From assembly GCF_006345805.1 (NCBI RefSeq), contig NC_043022.1, positions 20,646,001-20,710,000 of the forward strand: a stretch of DNA of 64,000 bases. Direction: 5' to 3'. This document shows positions 62,444 through 64,000 of the stretch, piece after piece. The notes beneath the pieces were generated by a model, which worked only from the letters and a program-made list of their open reading frames with translations, made no database searches and had not been told where the DNA came from. Position numbers and translations under genes: made by a program. The DNA is from Octopus sinensis (taxonomy: Eukaryota). Every line of letters starts with the position of its first letter. Within the stretch, counting starts at the first letter, position 1.

Positions 62444-64000
62444 GTACAGTTGTTTGTTTGTAACATAAATCTTGTTGTCATTGCTGTTTGTTTGTTTGTT
62501 TGTTTGTTGAGCAAAGCAGTCTTCGTCCTAGAAGTCCACAATGTGGCCCTTTGCTATTCGTAAGACCTGCAGAAGAGAAAGCAGATCAACCCCCGACACA
62601 GAGAGCATCAACGAATGGATGAATGCGCATCCAAGCTCAGTTTTTGCTAGGAAGTCGGTGACAAGAAACAGGAAGAAAGAGTGAGAGAAAGTTGGAGCAA
62701 AAGAGTACAACAGGGGTCGCCACCCACCCCCCTGCTGAAGCCTCGTGGAGCTTTAGGTGTTTTCGCTCGATAAACACACGCAACGCCCGGTCTGGGAATC
62801 GAAACTGCGATCCTCCGACCGTGAGTCCGCTGCCCTAGCCACTGGGCTATTGCGCCTCCACTGTTGTTGCTGTTGTTGTTGTTTACTTCTAGCTCAGCTG
62901 TGATCCAGCAGATCTCTGATCAAAAGTGTTCTCTCCATGACCATCCCAGCTTTTTTTTTTCACCTGACAATGTACAGTGGGGCTTCTGTAACAAAATATA
63001 TAATCCTTTTTGGAGCCCTGTTCATTAACCAAATTGCCCATTGTCTTTTATTTTTTTACTCGTTTCAGTCATTAGATTGTGGCCATGCTGGGGCACTGCC
63101 TCTGTTCATGTGTGTGACCATATGTTTCATTGTGTTTGAGGGGAGGTGAGTGTTTATGTCAGCCATGTTTAATTGGTGGCACATAAAAAGCACCAACCGA
63201 TCATGGCCGTTGCCAGCCTCCCTTGGCATCTGTACTAGTGGCACGTAAAAAGCACCCACTACACTCATGGAGTGGTTGGCATTAGGAAGGGCATCCAGCT
63301 GTAGAAACACTGCCAGATCAAGATTGGAGCCTGGTGCAGCCTCCTGGCTTCCTAGACCCCGATGCATTGTGTTCTTGAGCAAAACACTTCATTTCATGTT
63401 GCTCCAGTGCACTCAGCTAATGGTTAGGATGTTGCACTCATGACTTCTAGATTGTGGTTTCAATTCCTGGACTGGGCAATGCATTGCTCCAGTCGATTCA
63501 GGTGGCAAAAGTGAGTAATCCTGCAATGGACCAGTGTCCTGTCCAGGTGGGGAATATATATGCCATTGAAACTGAGAAACCAGCCCTTATGGGTCAGTAT
63601 GACTCGAGAAGGTAACTTTAACTTTTTTTACCTTGTACTTGCAGTTGCATCCACCCAGGGTGGATTGAACCAGCTCCATCCAATGAGTTATGTTCAGAGT
63701 TTCAGTGGGAATACAAGTTCACATCTGGTCCTCAATCATATCTGTTTACATTTTGAGACAGTGTGATCCACAGCAGCTCATCTTGCTGTCAATTCTCTAC
63801 CATCACAGAGGATTCACTGACCAAGTCGCCACTGATTATCGGGGCAGACATAGCCTGAAATTGAAGCAGGTTCTAGAGACATGCTTTAACTAAAGCTAAG
63901 GGGTGCCTTGTCCCAGTAGTTTTCCAGCATGCTGGACACCAACCTGGGGTTTCTGAGGGCCTGAGCTATTAATAAATAGTCGTTGAACTTACACCAAGTT

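Overview
Eukaryotic, AT-rich, microsatellite- and TE-dense genomic DNA. The tRNA-derived SINE families and repeat landscape suggest an octopus (cephalopod) genome, which is an inference. Host genes: the first five coding exons of an SLC7 cationic amino acid transporter (CAT, + strand, 54657-62443, continuing past the window), and what looks like the terminal exon of an upstream tandem CAT paralog (894-952). Most ORFs in the supplied track are microsatellite artefacts. The main structural finding is a 27.9-kb segment (3126-31000) bounded by ~260-300 bp inverted repeats starting GGATC and a perfect 8-bp target-site duplication (ATATATTC). This reads as a giant Merlin-like DNA transposon without a visible transposase. 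It contains Helitrons, an RTE LINE, nested mariner/DD41D elements, Penelope-type hammerhead ribozyme repeats and a near-perfect ~71 x 70-bp GC-rich palindromic satellite next to an (AGCCA)n tract. A 423-bp MITE with related ends and an 8-bp TSD (48248-48670) supports that reading. At least six distinct minimal hammerhead-ribozyme motifs, a tRNA-core element with hammerhead-bearing arms, and SINE multimers sharing one junction at two loci are also visible. All coordinates were read by eye and repeat boundaries are approximate.
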